58,940 bases of DNA, taken from NCBI GenBank assembly GCA_964384035.1, contig CAYLIB010000002.1, positions 101,608-160,547 on the forward strand, in the 5' to 3' direction. The DNA is from an uncultured Candidatus Saccharibacteria bacterium (GTDB lineage Bacteria > Patescibacteriota > Doudnabacteria > UBA920). A model generated the notes under the pieces. That model was not told the DNA's origin, did not search any database, and saw only the letters and a program-made list of their open reading frames with translations. The translations under genes were made by a program, and so were the position numbers. This document shows, in pieces, positions 16,720-26,021 of the stretch (the stretch's first letter is position 1; each line of letters starts with the position of its first letter).

Positions 16720-17577
16720 ATGAAAAATAACATTAAAGTAGGTTGTCATGTTTCCATTGCAGGGGGGTTATTTAACGCACCAAAAAACGCGGCAGATCTA
16801 AACTGTGAGACATTCCAAATTTTTTCTCGTTCCCCAAGGGGTGGCTCAGCGCCAGAAATAACAAAAGAAATCCAAAAGCAGTTCAAAGAAGAAATGGAAA
16901 AATATAAATTCACCAATTTTGTTATCCATGGTCCGTATATAATTAACTTCGGTTCAGCTAATCCAAAAACCTACAACGGTTCAATTAGTCTAATCCGTCA
17001 AGATCTTGAAAGAGGAAGTTTAATTGGTGCAGATTACGTAATGTTCCATGTTGGTAGCGGGAAAGATCTTGGCTACGAGAATGCAGTAAAGCAGGCAAAA
17101 GTTGGCATTACAAAAGTTTTGGAAGGTTATAAAGGTAAAACTCAATTACTCCTAGAAATAGCCGCAGGGGCAGGGGAGGTGCTAGGGGATACTTTCGAAG
17201 AATTAGCAGAGCTTATGAAGCCGCTATTAAAATACAAAACTTTTGGCGGCATCTGTTTCGACACCCAACATGCTTTTGCTTCAGGGTACGACATTAGAAC
17301 CAAAGACTCGGTAGAGGAAACTTTTAAAAAATTCGACAAAGTAATAGGCTTTGAGTACCTAAAATGTTTTCAGATAAATGACAGTAAAACTGAACTCGGT
17401 TCAAAGAAAGATAGACACGAGCATATAGAAGAAGGTCTTATAGGTAAAGCCGGTTTTGGAGCACTAATTTCCTATTTACAAAATAAAAAATGGCAGGGCA
17501 GTTTGATTTTGGAAACCGAACATGATAAAGTCAAAAAAGATATAGAAATTCTAAAAAATTTAAGAAACACAAAATGA
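16720..17577 (+). CDS. nfo: Endonuclease IV (AP endonuclease)
   Basis: Motifs HVSIAGG, HGPYIINF, MFHVGS, CFDTQHAFASGYD, DRHEHIEEG and LILET. Confidence 0.9.
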   Translation: MKNNIKVGCHVSIAGGLFNAPKNAADLNCETFQIFSRSPRGGSAPEITKEIQKQFKEEMEKYKFTNFVIHGPYIINFGSANPKTYNGSISLIRQDLERGSLIGADYVMFHVGSGKDLGYENAVKQAKVGITKVLEGYKGKTQLLLEIAAGAGEVLGDTFEELAELMKPLLKYKTFGGICFDTQHAFASGYDIRTKDSVEETFKKFDKVIGFEYLKCFQINDSKTELGSKKDRHEHIEEGLIGKAGFGALISYLQNKKWQGSLILETEHDKVKKDIEILKNLRNTK

Positions 17578-17744
17578 ACAACGCAGAAAGGGGTTTGGAT
17601 CACTCCGAAAACAAATTCGAAGCAATAGGAAATTTCCGACTACCGGAGAATGACGAAGAGTTAATCGGTTCAAGACAACGATTCCAGTCGCTTCACGACT
17701 TGGCAGATAGAATGAAAAATCTAATAGGGGAGCAAGGTAGATAA
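17574..17744 (+). CDS. Possible 56-aa small protein (not in the ORF track)
   Basis: ATGA start/stop overlap with nfo; fills the nfo-17759 gap. Confidence 0.3.
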   Translation: MNNAERGLDHSENKFEAIGNFRLPENDEELIGSRQRFQSLHDLADRMKNLIGEQGR

Positions 17745-17758
17745 AAGGAAACAAAACT

Positions 17759-17989
17759 ATGTATAAACAACAAGATATGGATGACCTCATTCATCTGATT
17801 GAGATGTCAGATTTAGATCAAACCATAAAAGATATTTTAATTAGAGATTTAAAAAACGAAGGACTTACTGAATTTTTAGCAGAGCAAATTAAAGCATATT
17901 GTTTAGCAGGGATGAAGCTTATCGACGAACGTATCGAGAAAGCAAAAGGTATCTTAGAAGAGGCCACCACAAAGCCAGATATAATCTAA
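17759..17989 (+). CDS. Hypothetical small protein
   Basis: 76-aa ORF, no motif. Confidence 0.4.
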   Translation: MYKQQDMDDLIHLIEMSDLDQTIKDILIRDLKNEGLTEFLAEQIKAYCLAGMKLIDERIEKAKGILEEATTKPDII

Positions 17990-17992
17990 AAA

Positions 17993-19009
17993 ATGTTAAA
18001 GGTATTCAATAAGGAAACTCAAATTATACTCAAAGTAGTGCTAGTAGCACTATCTCTTTGGGTAATTTGGCTTTTGCAGGATGTCGTACTTATACTTTTA
18101 CTTTCTTTAATCCTTACATCGGCCATGGAACCAATGGTGGATTACTTTAAACTTAAAAAAATCCCCAGATCTCTAAGTGTTTTGGGGGTTTATGTTTTAG
18201 TATTGGGTTTTCTCGGGTTACTGGCCTTGCTAATTACACCAATTATAATCGACCAGTTCCAAAGTCTGGTAAATAACCTTCCTCATTACTCTGCTGAGTT
18301 AAAGCTTAAATTCCCTGGCCTTTTTTACGCTTTTGGAAGTTTGGAGCTCGGATCACTGTTTAATAAGTTTCTAAACCTTGGTAGTGGAAATGGAGCGGTC
18401 TTTGCAAAAACTTTAAGTTTTGTTAACGGGCTTGTTACCTTTGTTACGGTTCTTGTTATTTCTTTTTATTTAAGTGTGGAAGAAGATGGTATGAAGAAGT
18501 TCATTAAGACTTTAGTACCTATCAAATTTCAAGAGAGTACATATTCCGTGGTAACTAAAATTCAGAAAAAAATGGGCCGGTGGGTTTTAGGACAAGTAAT
18601 TTTGGCCTTCTCGATATTCGCCCTAACATGGATCGGTCTTACTATATTAGGTGTTGAAAACGCACTCTTCCTAGCCATTATTGCAGGTGCTCTAGAGGTA
18701 GTGCCCTACATAGGACCTATACTTTCAGGTGTTCCTGCATTCCTTGTCGCTTTACCCCAAGGACCTTTAACTGCTTTTGGGGTCATAGCGCTTTTCTTGC
18801 TCATACAGAAAACCGAAGGTTTAATTTTGGTGCCAAAAATCATGCAAAAAACTGTCGGTGTGTCTCCTATAGTTACTCTTTTGGCACTGCTGGCAGGTTT
18901 TAAGCTTGCTGGTATTGTCGGTTTGCTTCTTGCTGTTCCCTTGGTAGGTATTCTGACTGTTTTTATAGAAGAATGGCCAAACTTAATGGCAAGTAATAAA
19001 GCAGATTGA
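17993..19009 (+). CDS. AI-2E family transporter (PerM/YhhT-like permease)
   Basis: Multi-pass membrane protein with typical GALEVVPYIGPILS and LLIQKTEG..L.PKIM segments. Confidence 0.8.
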   Translation: MLKVFNKETQIILKVVLVALSLWVIWLLQDVVLILLLSLILTSAMEPMVDYFKLKKIPRSLSVLGVYVLVLGFLGLLALLITPIIIDQFQSLVNNLPHYSAELKLKFPGLFYAFGSLELGSLFNKFLNLGSGNGAVFAKTLSFVNGLVTFVTVLVISFYLSVEEDGMKKFIKTLVPIKFQESTYSVVTKIQKKMGRWVLGQVILAFSIFALTWIGLTILGVENALFLAIIAGALEVVPYIGPILSGVPAFLVALPQGPLTAFGVIALFLLIQKTEGLILVPKIMQKTVGVSPIVTLLALLAGFKLAGIVGLLLAVPLVGILTVFIEEWPNLMASNKAD

Positions 19010-19033
19010 CATTAGGTCACTGTGTTGTATAAT
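19006..19033 (+). promoter_or_regulatory. Near-consensus sigma70 promoter of the second GC-rich cassette
   Basis: TTGACA (overlaps the stop of the upstream gene), 16 nt, TATAAT. Confidence 0.65.
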
Positions 19034-19112
19034 CAGTCTTGCTCTGGACTCTAAATCTTCCTATAAAGAAGGTTTTTATTTTGTATGTTTCTATCAATAG
19101 GAGGTTAAGATC

Positions 19113-19496
19113 ATGAATAGTCGTGTCGAGCTGGATGCGCTTAGGTCGCTTATTGACCGTTGCCCCGAAATCAAAGTCGGGGATGGGGGTTTTAGTGGTG
19201 CAAAAGACTTCCAGCTCAAAGGAAAAAGAATCTTTTTCTGGGGAAGAAGGGATGACTTTGGAAACGGAAGAGGGGTTCTGGGGTTAGGTGTCGAATGTAA
19301 GGAGGACATTGCTCCTCCTACCGAAACTGAGCTCAGGCTCTCAGGGTTTGCAGTGCTTTTTGTCCACCAAGGCGGTACCACATATCGGATTATTCCATTG
19401 AGGCTGGTTAGTAGGGCAAATGGGGTCTTCGAATTTGAGATAGCCCAGGGTAAGGAAGGTGAAGATCTTGGGGCTTGTTTCTCTTTAACTACTTAG
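19113..19496 (+). CDS. Hypothetical protein, GC-rich orphan
   Basis: AGGAGG lies 8 nt upstream of the ATG. 127 aa. 31/60 GC in line 19141-19200. Own terminator. Confidence 0.55.
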   Translation: MNSRVELDALRSLIDRCPEIKVGDGGFSGAKDFQLKGKRIFFWGRRDDFGNGRGVLGLGVECKEDIAPPTETELRLSGFAVLFVHQGGTTYRIIPLRLVSRANGVFEFEIAQGKEGEDLGACFSLTT

Positions 19497-19501
19497 ACTC
19501 A

Positions 19502-19523
19502 CACGGAACAACCGTGTTTTTTT
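19502..19523 (+). terminator. Intrinsic terminator
   Basis: cacgg-aacaa-ccgtg followed by ttttttt. Confidence 0.7.
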
Positions 19524-19577
19524 AATACTTTTGATATATAATATAAATACTAATTAGCCGAAAATGGCTTTTATTTT

Positions 19578-21047
19578 ATGGAAAAATACTATCTAACAAC
19601 CACAACTCCATATGTTAACTCCGACCCTCATATAGGTTTTGCACTCGAAATTGTTCATGCTGACTGCATAGCAAGATATTACAGATTAATAGGTAAAGAG
19701 GTTGTCTTTAATACCGGCACAGACGAACATGGTCTAAAAATTCTTAGAAAAGCAGAAGAATTAGGAGTAAGTCCTCAGGAATATGTAGATAGTTTCGCCC
19801 CTAAGTTTGAAGCATTGAAACCATTACTTAATCTTTCTTATACAAATTTCATAAGAACTACAAATCCAGGTCACAAGTTAGCAGCACAAGAGTTTTGGAA
19901 AAGATGTATGGAAAATGGGGATATATACAAAAAGCTTTATGAGATTAAATATTGCGTGGGTTGTGAACTCGAAAAAACAGACTCAGATCTTGTAGGTGGT
20001 GGCTGTCCTATTCACCCAAATTTGGAACTGGAAATTATTGAAGAGGAGAATTATTTTTTCAAATTTTCTAAATTTCAAAAACCATTACTCGATTTATACA
20101 AGAAATATCCAGACTTTGTTGTGCCAGATTTCAGGTTCACTGAAATAATTAAATTCGTTGAAAGCGGTCTTCAAGATTTCTCGGTTTCCAGGGTAAAGGA
20201 AAAAATGTCCTGGGGTGTTCCAGTTCCGGGTGACGACTCTCAGGTAATGTATGTTTGGTTCGACGCTTTAGTGAATTATATTTCTACCTTAGGTTGGCCA
20301 GATAATAAAAGTAAATTTGAACATTTTTGGGGTACACAAGAAAATCCCAGAGGTATTCAATTTGCAGGAAAAGATAATCTGCGTCAGCAGTCAGCTATGT
20401 GGCAAGCAATGTTGATGTCGGCTGGTTTACCTAATAGTCGCCATATCGTAATTCATGGATTTATAACAAGCGATGGTCAAAAAATGAGTAAGTCTTTGGG
20501 TAATGTGGTTGACCCTTTCTCTGTAGTAGAAAAATTTGGCACAGATGCCCTGAGGTATTGGTTAATTCGCGAGATGCCAACTTTTGAAGATGGTGATTTC
20601 ACTTGGGAAAAATTTGAGGAAAGTTATACGGCGAATCTTGTAAATGGTATAGGAAATTTAACAAGTAGAATTCTAAAAATGGCACAAAATGCCAATATCA
20701 AACTTTCTACAGAAGATTATTCTAAACTACAAACCGAGGATATTTTAAACGCAGACAATACTGAATATGCAATAGCGCTAAAAAATTTCAATATTAAAAA
20801 ATCCTCAGATTTTGTATGGCTTAAGATGTCGGCATTAGATGGTTACATTCAAAACAATGAACCCTTTAAAAAAATAAAATCCCCAGACACTGAAACTCAG
20901 GCTAGGGAGGATATTCATTTTTTACTCATGGAGCTGTTTAGGATCTCAATACTTTTAGAGCCTTTCTTACCGGAAGCTTCGAAGAAAATTCAATTAGGGA
21001 TTAAGAGCAGCGAGCTCTCATCGCAGTTATTCCCAAGAGTAGTCTAA
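19578..21047 (+). CDS. metG: Methionine--tRNA ligase (short form)
   Basis: HIGFALE (HIGH-like) and KMSKSLGN motifs, plus zinc knuckle CVGCE...CPIH. Confidence 0.92.
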   Translation: MEKYYLTTTTPYVNSDPHIGFALEIVHADCIARYYRLIGKEVVFNTGTDEHGLKILRKAEELGVSPQEYVDSFAPKFEALKPLLNLSYTNFIRTTNPGHKLAAQEFWKRCMENGDIYKKLYEIKYCVGCELEKTDSDLVGGGCPIHPNLELEIIEEENYFFKFSKFQKPLLDLYKKYPDFVVPDFRFTEIIKFVESGLQDFSVSRVKEKMSWGVPVPGDDSQVMYVWFDALVNYISTLGWPDNKSKFEHFWGTQENPRGIQFAGKDNLRQQSAMWQAMLMSAGLPNSRHIVIHGFITSDGQKMSKSLGNVVDPFSVVEKFGTDALRYWLIREMPTFEDGDFTWEKFEESYTANLVNGIGNLTSRILKMAQNANIKLSTEDYSKLQTEDILNADNTEYAIALKNFNIKKSSDFVWLKMSALDGYIQNNEPFKKIKSPDTETQAREDIHFLLMELFRISILLEPFLPEASKKIQLGIKSSELSSQLFPRVV

Positions 21048-21214
21048 AAGTGCATGTCTAACTCCTGGTCGCACTCCTTGCAGTAAAAAAGTAGAAATTC
21101 ATCTAATTCCCCCTCATTATAAGTTTCTGTCTTTATGCACTCAGGGCAATTTAAGGTTTTGCAAGTAGGGCACATTTCGGCGTCTTTACCACTATCGCAA
21201 TCACAATTAACCAT
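21044..21214 (-). CDS. Small Cys-rich zinc-ribbon protein
   Basis: MVNCDCDSG..CPTC..CPEC...CKEC (four Cys pairs). GGGAGG lies upstream of this ATG. The ORF track extends to 21283, but that start overlaps tatD. Confidence 0.5.
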   Translation of the reverse strand: MVNCDCDSGKDAEMCPTCKTLNCPECIKTETYNEGELDEFLLFYCKECDQELDMHF

Positions 21215-21239
21215 ATTTAACCTCCCAAAATATAACACT

Positions 21240-22094
21240 ATGTTAGTAGATACACATACCCATGTCCAATTTAGAGGCTTCAAAGAAGAAGCTGATCAGG
21301 TTATGAATCGAGCGCTTGAGGCTGGAGTTATTGTAATAAATGTAGGTACTCAGAAAGATACTTCAAAGGAAGCTGTTGATATGCTTTCAAAATACCCTAA
21401 CAATGTTTATGCGGTTGTGGGTCTTCACCCAATTCATACATATAGTCAGTATGTAGACGAAGAAGAAAGTAGCTTCTTGACTCGCGAAGAAGTATTCGAC
21501 TACGAATATTATAAAGAATTAGCTTCAAATCCTCGCGTTGTTGGAATAGGTGAGTGCGGTTTTGACTACTATCGTCTCTCAGAAAACGAAGACCCCGCAA
21601 GGATAAAGAAACTCCAGCTAGACGCCTTTATGTCACAAATAAAGTTAGCCCTAGAATTGGATAAGGTATTATGCATCCACACTCGCCCAAGTCCCGGCAC
21701 TATGGACGCATATCAGGACTTAGCAGAGCTCATATCGTCATTCGTCAATCGTCATTCTCCATTCCCCAAATTCGAAGTTCATTGTTACACTGGCAACTTA
21801 GAGTATGCAAGAAAGTTTGTAAGTCTAGGTGGTTACATTGGTGTAAATGGAATTGTGACTTTCGATAAAACCGGTATTGCCGAGGAAGTAGTAAAAAACA
21901 TTCCCCTAGAAAGTATTCTCCTAGAGACGGACGCTCCTTACTTAACACCGATGCCGCTCAGGGGTAAAAAAAACGAGCCTTCATATATAAGGTTTGTTGC
22001 AGAAAAAATCGCGAGTGTAAGAGGTGAGTCCCTCATGCAGGTAGAAAGTATAACCACGGAAAACGCGAAAAAATTATTTTCTATAACCGATTAA
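21240..22094 (+). CDS. tatD: TatD family metal-dependent hydrolase/DNase
   Basis: MLVDTHTHVQF is the family-typical N-terminus; also GECGFDYY, HTR and ETDAPYL. The track start at 21135 is probably too early. Confidence 0.88.
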   Translation: MLVDTHTHVQFRGFKEEADQVMNRALEAGVIVINVGTQKDTSKEAVDMLSKYPNNVYAVVGLHPIHTYSQYVDEEESSFLTREEVFDYEYYKELASNPRVVGIGECGFDYYRLSENEDPARIKKLQLDAFMSQIKLALELDKVLCIHTRPSPGTMDAYQDLAELISSFVNRHSPFPKFEVHCYTGNLEYARKFVSLGGYIGVNGIVTFDKTGIAEEVVKNIPLESILLETDAPYLTPMPLRGKKNEPSYIRFVAEKIASVRGESLMQVESITTENAKKLFSITD

Positions 22095-22102
22095 TTATCT
22101 TA

Positions 22103-23344
22103 ATGTCTACCAATAAAAAAGCTTTATCTAGTATTTTCCTTACAGTTCTAATAGATGCGATTGGTTATGGAATATTATTCCCCATAATCCCTAGAGTTTT
22201 AACAGACCCTACATCAGCCTCTTATATCCTACATAACGTAAGTAGTAATTTGGGTTACTATATGCTCGGGGCTGTTACTGCTATATATCCATTCATGCAG
22301 TTCTTGGCAGCTCCCATTTTGGGTCAGCTCTCAGACATTTATGGCAGAAAAAAACTTTTAGCCTTATCTGTTTTTGGTACGGCTTTAGGTCATTTTTTAT
22401 TTGCCATTGGTATAGCTCTCAAAAGTTTTACTTTAGTTTTCCTGGGTCGCCTAATAGACGGTATTACAGCGGGGAATTTTTCAATTGCCCAAGCTTCGAT
22501 AGCAGATATCTCAGAACCTAAAGAAAGAGCTAAAAATTTTGGTATTGTTTTTTCGGCGTTTGGTATTGGTTTCATAATAGGACCGCTATTGGGGGGTGTG
22601 TTAGCAGATTCAAATCTTGTTTCTTGGTTTTCAGCGCAAATTCCTTTTTGGTTTGCGGGGTTATTAGCGACAATTAATACATTAATGATCCTTAGGTTCT
22701 ATCCAAAAACCAATCAGAAGCTGTTGGTAATGAAACTGACATTTAATAAATCTCTTTCAAATATTAAGAAAGCTATAGTATCCCCAGTCTCTAAATTTTT
22801 ATTCTTAGCCTGGTTTTTCATTCAGTCCGGTTTCGCTTTCTATACAAGTTTCGTGGCAACTTATTACTACGAACAATTTCATGTTAGCGAAAGGCAAGTC
22901 GGGGTTTACTTCGGAGTTGTTGGGGTAGGCATGATTATTACGCAAGCGCTAATAGTCCCTTGGGTTAGTAAACGGGCAAGTTCCTGGAAAACTGTCTTTA
23001 TATCCGTCATCCTAGTTAGTATCTTGCTTATTGGGATACCATTATTGCCAAAGTTTAATTACATAATGGTACTCGCTCTTGTGCTCTCGGTATTCATAGG
23101 TCTAATGTTCGCTAACTTTTCGGCAATTATAAGCAGGACAGCGCCACCCGAAGAGCAGGGAGAGGTTATGGGTATTTCTACCTCTGTACAAGCAATAGCT
23201 GCTACTTATCCACCACTTTTGGCTGGCTTCCTTGCCGCGCATTTTGCAGTGAATATTCCGTTGTTTGTTAGTGGGTCGTTTGTATTTATTGGTTGGCTAA
23301 TTTATGTAATTAAATCATACAAGCCGAATCAAATAAATGCTTAA
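22103..23344 (+). CDS. MFS transporter (drug/H+ antiporter-like)
   Basis: 12 predicted TM helices; motif GQLSDIYGRKK between TM2 and TM3. Confidence 0.8.
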   Translation: MSTNKKALSSIFLTVLIDAIGYGILFPIIPRVLTDPTSASYILHNVSSNLGYYMLGAVTAIYPFMQFLAAPILGQLSDIYGRKKLLALSVFGTALGHFLFAIGIALKSFTLVFLGRLIDGITAGNFSIAQASIADISEPKERAKNFGIVFSAFGIGFIIGPLLGGVLADSNLVSWFSAQIPFWFAGLLATINTLMILRFYPKTNQKLLVMKLTFNKSLSNIKKAIVSPVSKFLFLAWFFIQSGFAFYTSFVATYYYEQFHVSERQVGVYFGVVGVGMIITQALIVPWVSKRASSWKTVFISVILVSILLIGIPLLPKFNYIMVLALVLSVFIGLMFANFSAIISRTAPPEEQGEVMGISTSVQAIAATYPPLLAGFLAAHFAVNIPLFVSGSFVFIGWLIYVIKSYKPNQINA

Positions 23345-23972
23345 TTTTTCAAAAGAAAAACAAAAATATTGTGAAATTTATTTGGCCCGCCATGGTAAAT
23401 CTATTTCTAACGTAAGACAAATAATGGATGGTCAAATAATAAACGCCCCTCTCTCAGAAGAGGGTAAAGAGTATCTAAAAGACGTAGCAGAACAAATTAA
23501 GAACATAAAATTTGATGCTATTTTTGCTTCAGATCTCGTGAGGGCTGTAGAAACTGCTGAAATTCTTCGGGCGGAAAGAAATCTTGTAATACAGACAACA
23601 TATAAACTTCGTGAGAGATTTTTCGGAGAGATAGAAGGAATGGGGTGGGAGGAATATAAAAAACTCATAGCCTATGTATATCCACAGTTAAGTAATGGTA
23701 GAGACGAGTTAGTTTGGGATTTTAAACCCAGACCAGAAGTAGAGAGTTATGAAGAGGCAGCAGAGAGATATATACTTGCAATAAGAGAGATCGCTTTAGG
23801 TTATATTGGTAAAAGAGTATTGCTCGTGGGGCATGGCGGAGCAATTCGAGCATTTATGGTTAGGGCTGGGTTCGGAGGTCTAGAAGATTTTCCTGCATGG
23901 GGGATTGATAACGGTAAATTTGTTAGAATACTTTCAGACGGAGTAGATTTCTTTCAGTTGCCACAAATATAA
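23337..23972 (+). CDS. Histidine phosphatase family protein (phosphoglycerate mutase-like), paralog 1
   Basis: LARHGKSISN (RHG motif), SDLVRAVETAE and LLVGHGG. Confidence 0.8.
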   Translation: MLNFSKEKQKYCEIYLARHGKSISNVRQIMDGQIINAPLSEEGKEYLKDVAEQIKNIKFDAIFASDLVRAVETAEILRAERNLVIQTTYKLRERFFGEIEGMGWEEYKKLIAYVYPQLSNGRDELVWDFKPRPEVESYEEAAERYILAIREIALGYIGKRVLLVGHGGAIRAFMVRAGFGGLEDFPAWGIDNGKFVRILSDGVDFFQLPQI

Positions 23973-23997
23973 AAGTACTATTTAAAATAGTGGAAAA

Positions 23998-24492
23998 ATG
24001 TGTTCGATTAAAAATAAGTCTTTAGGTTTTACGCTTATTGAATTGCTGCTCGTTATTTCGATAATAGCACTTATGGCTAGTGTGGTCCTCATTTCACTAA
24101 ATAAAGCAAGAAGTACAGCTAGAGATACCAAGAGAATTGCCGATATTAACCAAATGAGAAAAGCACTTGAGTTGTATTATTTGGATTATGGGGTCTATCC
24201 AACTACTTCTGCTGGGAGTGAAACCGAAGTGGCGCTTTGGGATTGGTTATTCGCATCTACAATGCAACCCTATATAGACCCTCTTCCACGAGACCCAAGG
24301 TGTCCTGCAACCGGAAATCCCTGTACTACAGTTCCTAAAATGAACTATAAATACATAGTCACAGATGTTTCTGCTCCGCAGCAAGGTTTTGGCATACTTA
24401 TTCCATTTGCTAACGATGGTAATAAGGCAAATTGTAAGGTTAGAGAAAATGGTAGTGCTAGTTGGTTTAGTAATGCCCCCGATTGTAAATAA
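23998..24492 (+). CDS. Type IV pilin-like / pseudopilin protein
   Basis: Prepilin N-terminal cleavage/methylation motif LGFTLIELLLVISIIALMASVVL. Confidence 0.85.
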   Translation: MCSIKNKSLGFTLIELLLVISIIALMASVVLISLNKARSTARDTKRIADINQMRKALELYYLDYGVYPTTSAGSETEVALWDWLFASTMQPYIDPLPRDPRCPATGNPCTTVPKMNYKYIVTDVSAPQQGFGILIPFANDGNKANCKVRENGSASWFSNAPDCK

Positions 24493-24507
24493 TTTCAAAA
24501 TATCAAT

Positions 24508-25293
24508 ATGTACGAAAAAGAATTAGGATTCGCAAAACAATTAGCTAGTAAAGCAGGAGAGTTGATAAGAAAAAACTTCGTAAGTATTGGTTCGAGTGAA
24601 AAAGTATGGAAGGCGGATAATTCTCCTCTTACTATAACCGATACTACGATAAACAGAATGGTGCTTGAGGCTGTCGAGAAAGAATTTCCCCAGCACTCAT
24701 TATTAGGTGAAGAAGAGTCTTCCTCGCATAACAATACGGAATTCGTGTGGGTTTGTGATCCTATAGACGGGACCATACCTTTTTCTCATGGTTGGCCAAC
24801 GAGTTGTTTTTCTCTCGCTCTATGCAAGGACGGTAATCCCGTTGTCGGTGTTGCGTACGATCCTTATATGGACCGTATGTATTGGGGTGAAAAAGGGCAC
24901 GGATCATTTGTAAACGATACAAAGCTGGAAGTGAATAAGTTTAGTGAGTGGAGACAGTTATACATAGCTTTTGACTATTGGATAGAAGCAAAGTTTAAAT
25001 TAGATGATACTTTGCCGGTTATTATAGGAAAAGGTGGGAGTGTATTTAAGATAGGTTCCGCCGTATATAGTTCTACGTTAGTTTCCGCCGGTCATTACGC
25101 TGCGTATATCTTCGCAGGGAAAACCGCTTGGGATATAGCTGCTATAAAAGTTATTATTGAAGAAGCCGGAGGTAGAGTTACTGACTTGTATGGTAATGAT
25201 CAGCGGTATGATAAAGAAATAAATGGTGCTCTGGTAAGTAATGGATTAGTTCATGATAAATTGCTGAATATAATTTCTCCCTATATTAAATAA
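24508..25293 (+). CDS. Inositol monophosphatase family protein
   Basis: Motifs LLGEE, WVCDPIDGT and WDIAA. Confidence 0.85.
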   Translation: MYEKELGFAKQLASKAGELIRKNFVSIGSSEKVWKADNSPLTITDTTINRMVLEAVEKEFPQHSLLGEEESSSHNNTEFVWVCDPIDGTIPFSHGWPTSCFSLALCKDGNPVVGVAYDPYMDRMYWGEKGHGSFVNDTKLEVNKFSEWRQLYIAFDYWIEAKFKLDDTLPVIIGKGGSVFKIGSAVYSSTLVSAGHYAAYIFAGKTAWDIAAIKVIIEEAGGRVTDLYGNDQRYDKEINGALVSNGLVHDKLLNIISPYIK

Positions 25294-25305
25294 ACAGACG
25301 CGCTT

Positions 25306-25992
25306 ATGAGTATTACAGTGAATGAGAGTGGAATCGATCATGCCAAGTATTGTGAGTTTTATCTTTTCAGGCATGGTGAGTCTAAATCAAACGTAGGTCA
25401 CATCATGGATGGCCAGATTATTAACGGAGAGCTTACAGAAAATGGCAAAAATGAACTTAAAGAAATAGCTGAAAATTTTAAAGACATTCATTTCGATGCC
25501 ATATTTTCGTCAGACCTTTTGCGGGCTAGGCAGACTGCAGAAATCTTGAAAGCACACAGGGATCTTGAGGTTAAAGCCTTAAAAATGCTCCGTGAAAAGC
25601 ACTACGGTAAGTACGAAGGTAAAAGTTATCAGGAATATAGGACCGCAGTTGAAAAGGTATACCCTGAACTTGGTAAGGGTTTCGGTATCTATTGGAATGA
25701 AGAAAAATTTTACTTCAGGCCTGATGAATCTGTAGAAACCTACGCAGAAGCTGGTACTCGTTACATTGAACAACTACGAGAAATAGCTCTTGGTTACATA
25801 GGAAAGCGTGTTTTGGTAGTGGGTCATGGAAGCGGGCCTAGGTCTTTTATAGTAAAAGCACTGGGGGAAAGGTATGAGATAACCCCTGCTCAAGGTTTTA
25901 GAAATGGTGAGCATTGTGTGGTGCTTTCGGATGGGGTAGAATTCCTCTTTAAGAACCTCCCGATTGGGAAGGATTATGGTGTGGTTAAATAA
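25306..25992 (+). CDS. Histidine phosphatase family protein, paralog 2
   Basis: LFRHGESKSN, SDLLRARQTAE and LVVGHGS; collinear with 23337-23972. Confidence 0.8.
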   Translation: MSITVNESGIDHAKYCEFYLFRHGESKSNVGHIMDGQIINGELTENGKNELKEIAENFKDIHFDAIFSSDLLRARQTAEILKAHRDLEVKALKMLREKHYGKYEGKSYQEYRTAVEKVYPELGKGFGIYWNEEKFYFRPDESVETYAEAGTRYIEQLREIALGYIGKRVLVVGHGSGPRSFIVKALGERYEITPAQGFRNGEHCVVLSDGVEFLFKNLPIGKDYGVVK

Positions 25993-26021
25993 GCTAAAGC
26001 ATTTAAAATCTAAGTCCTATT

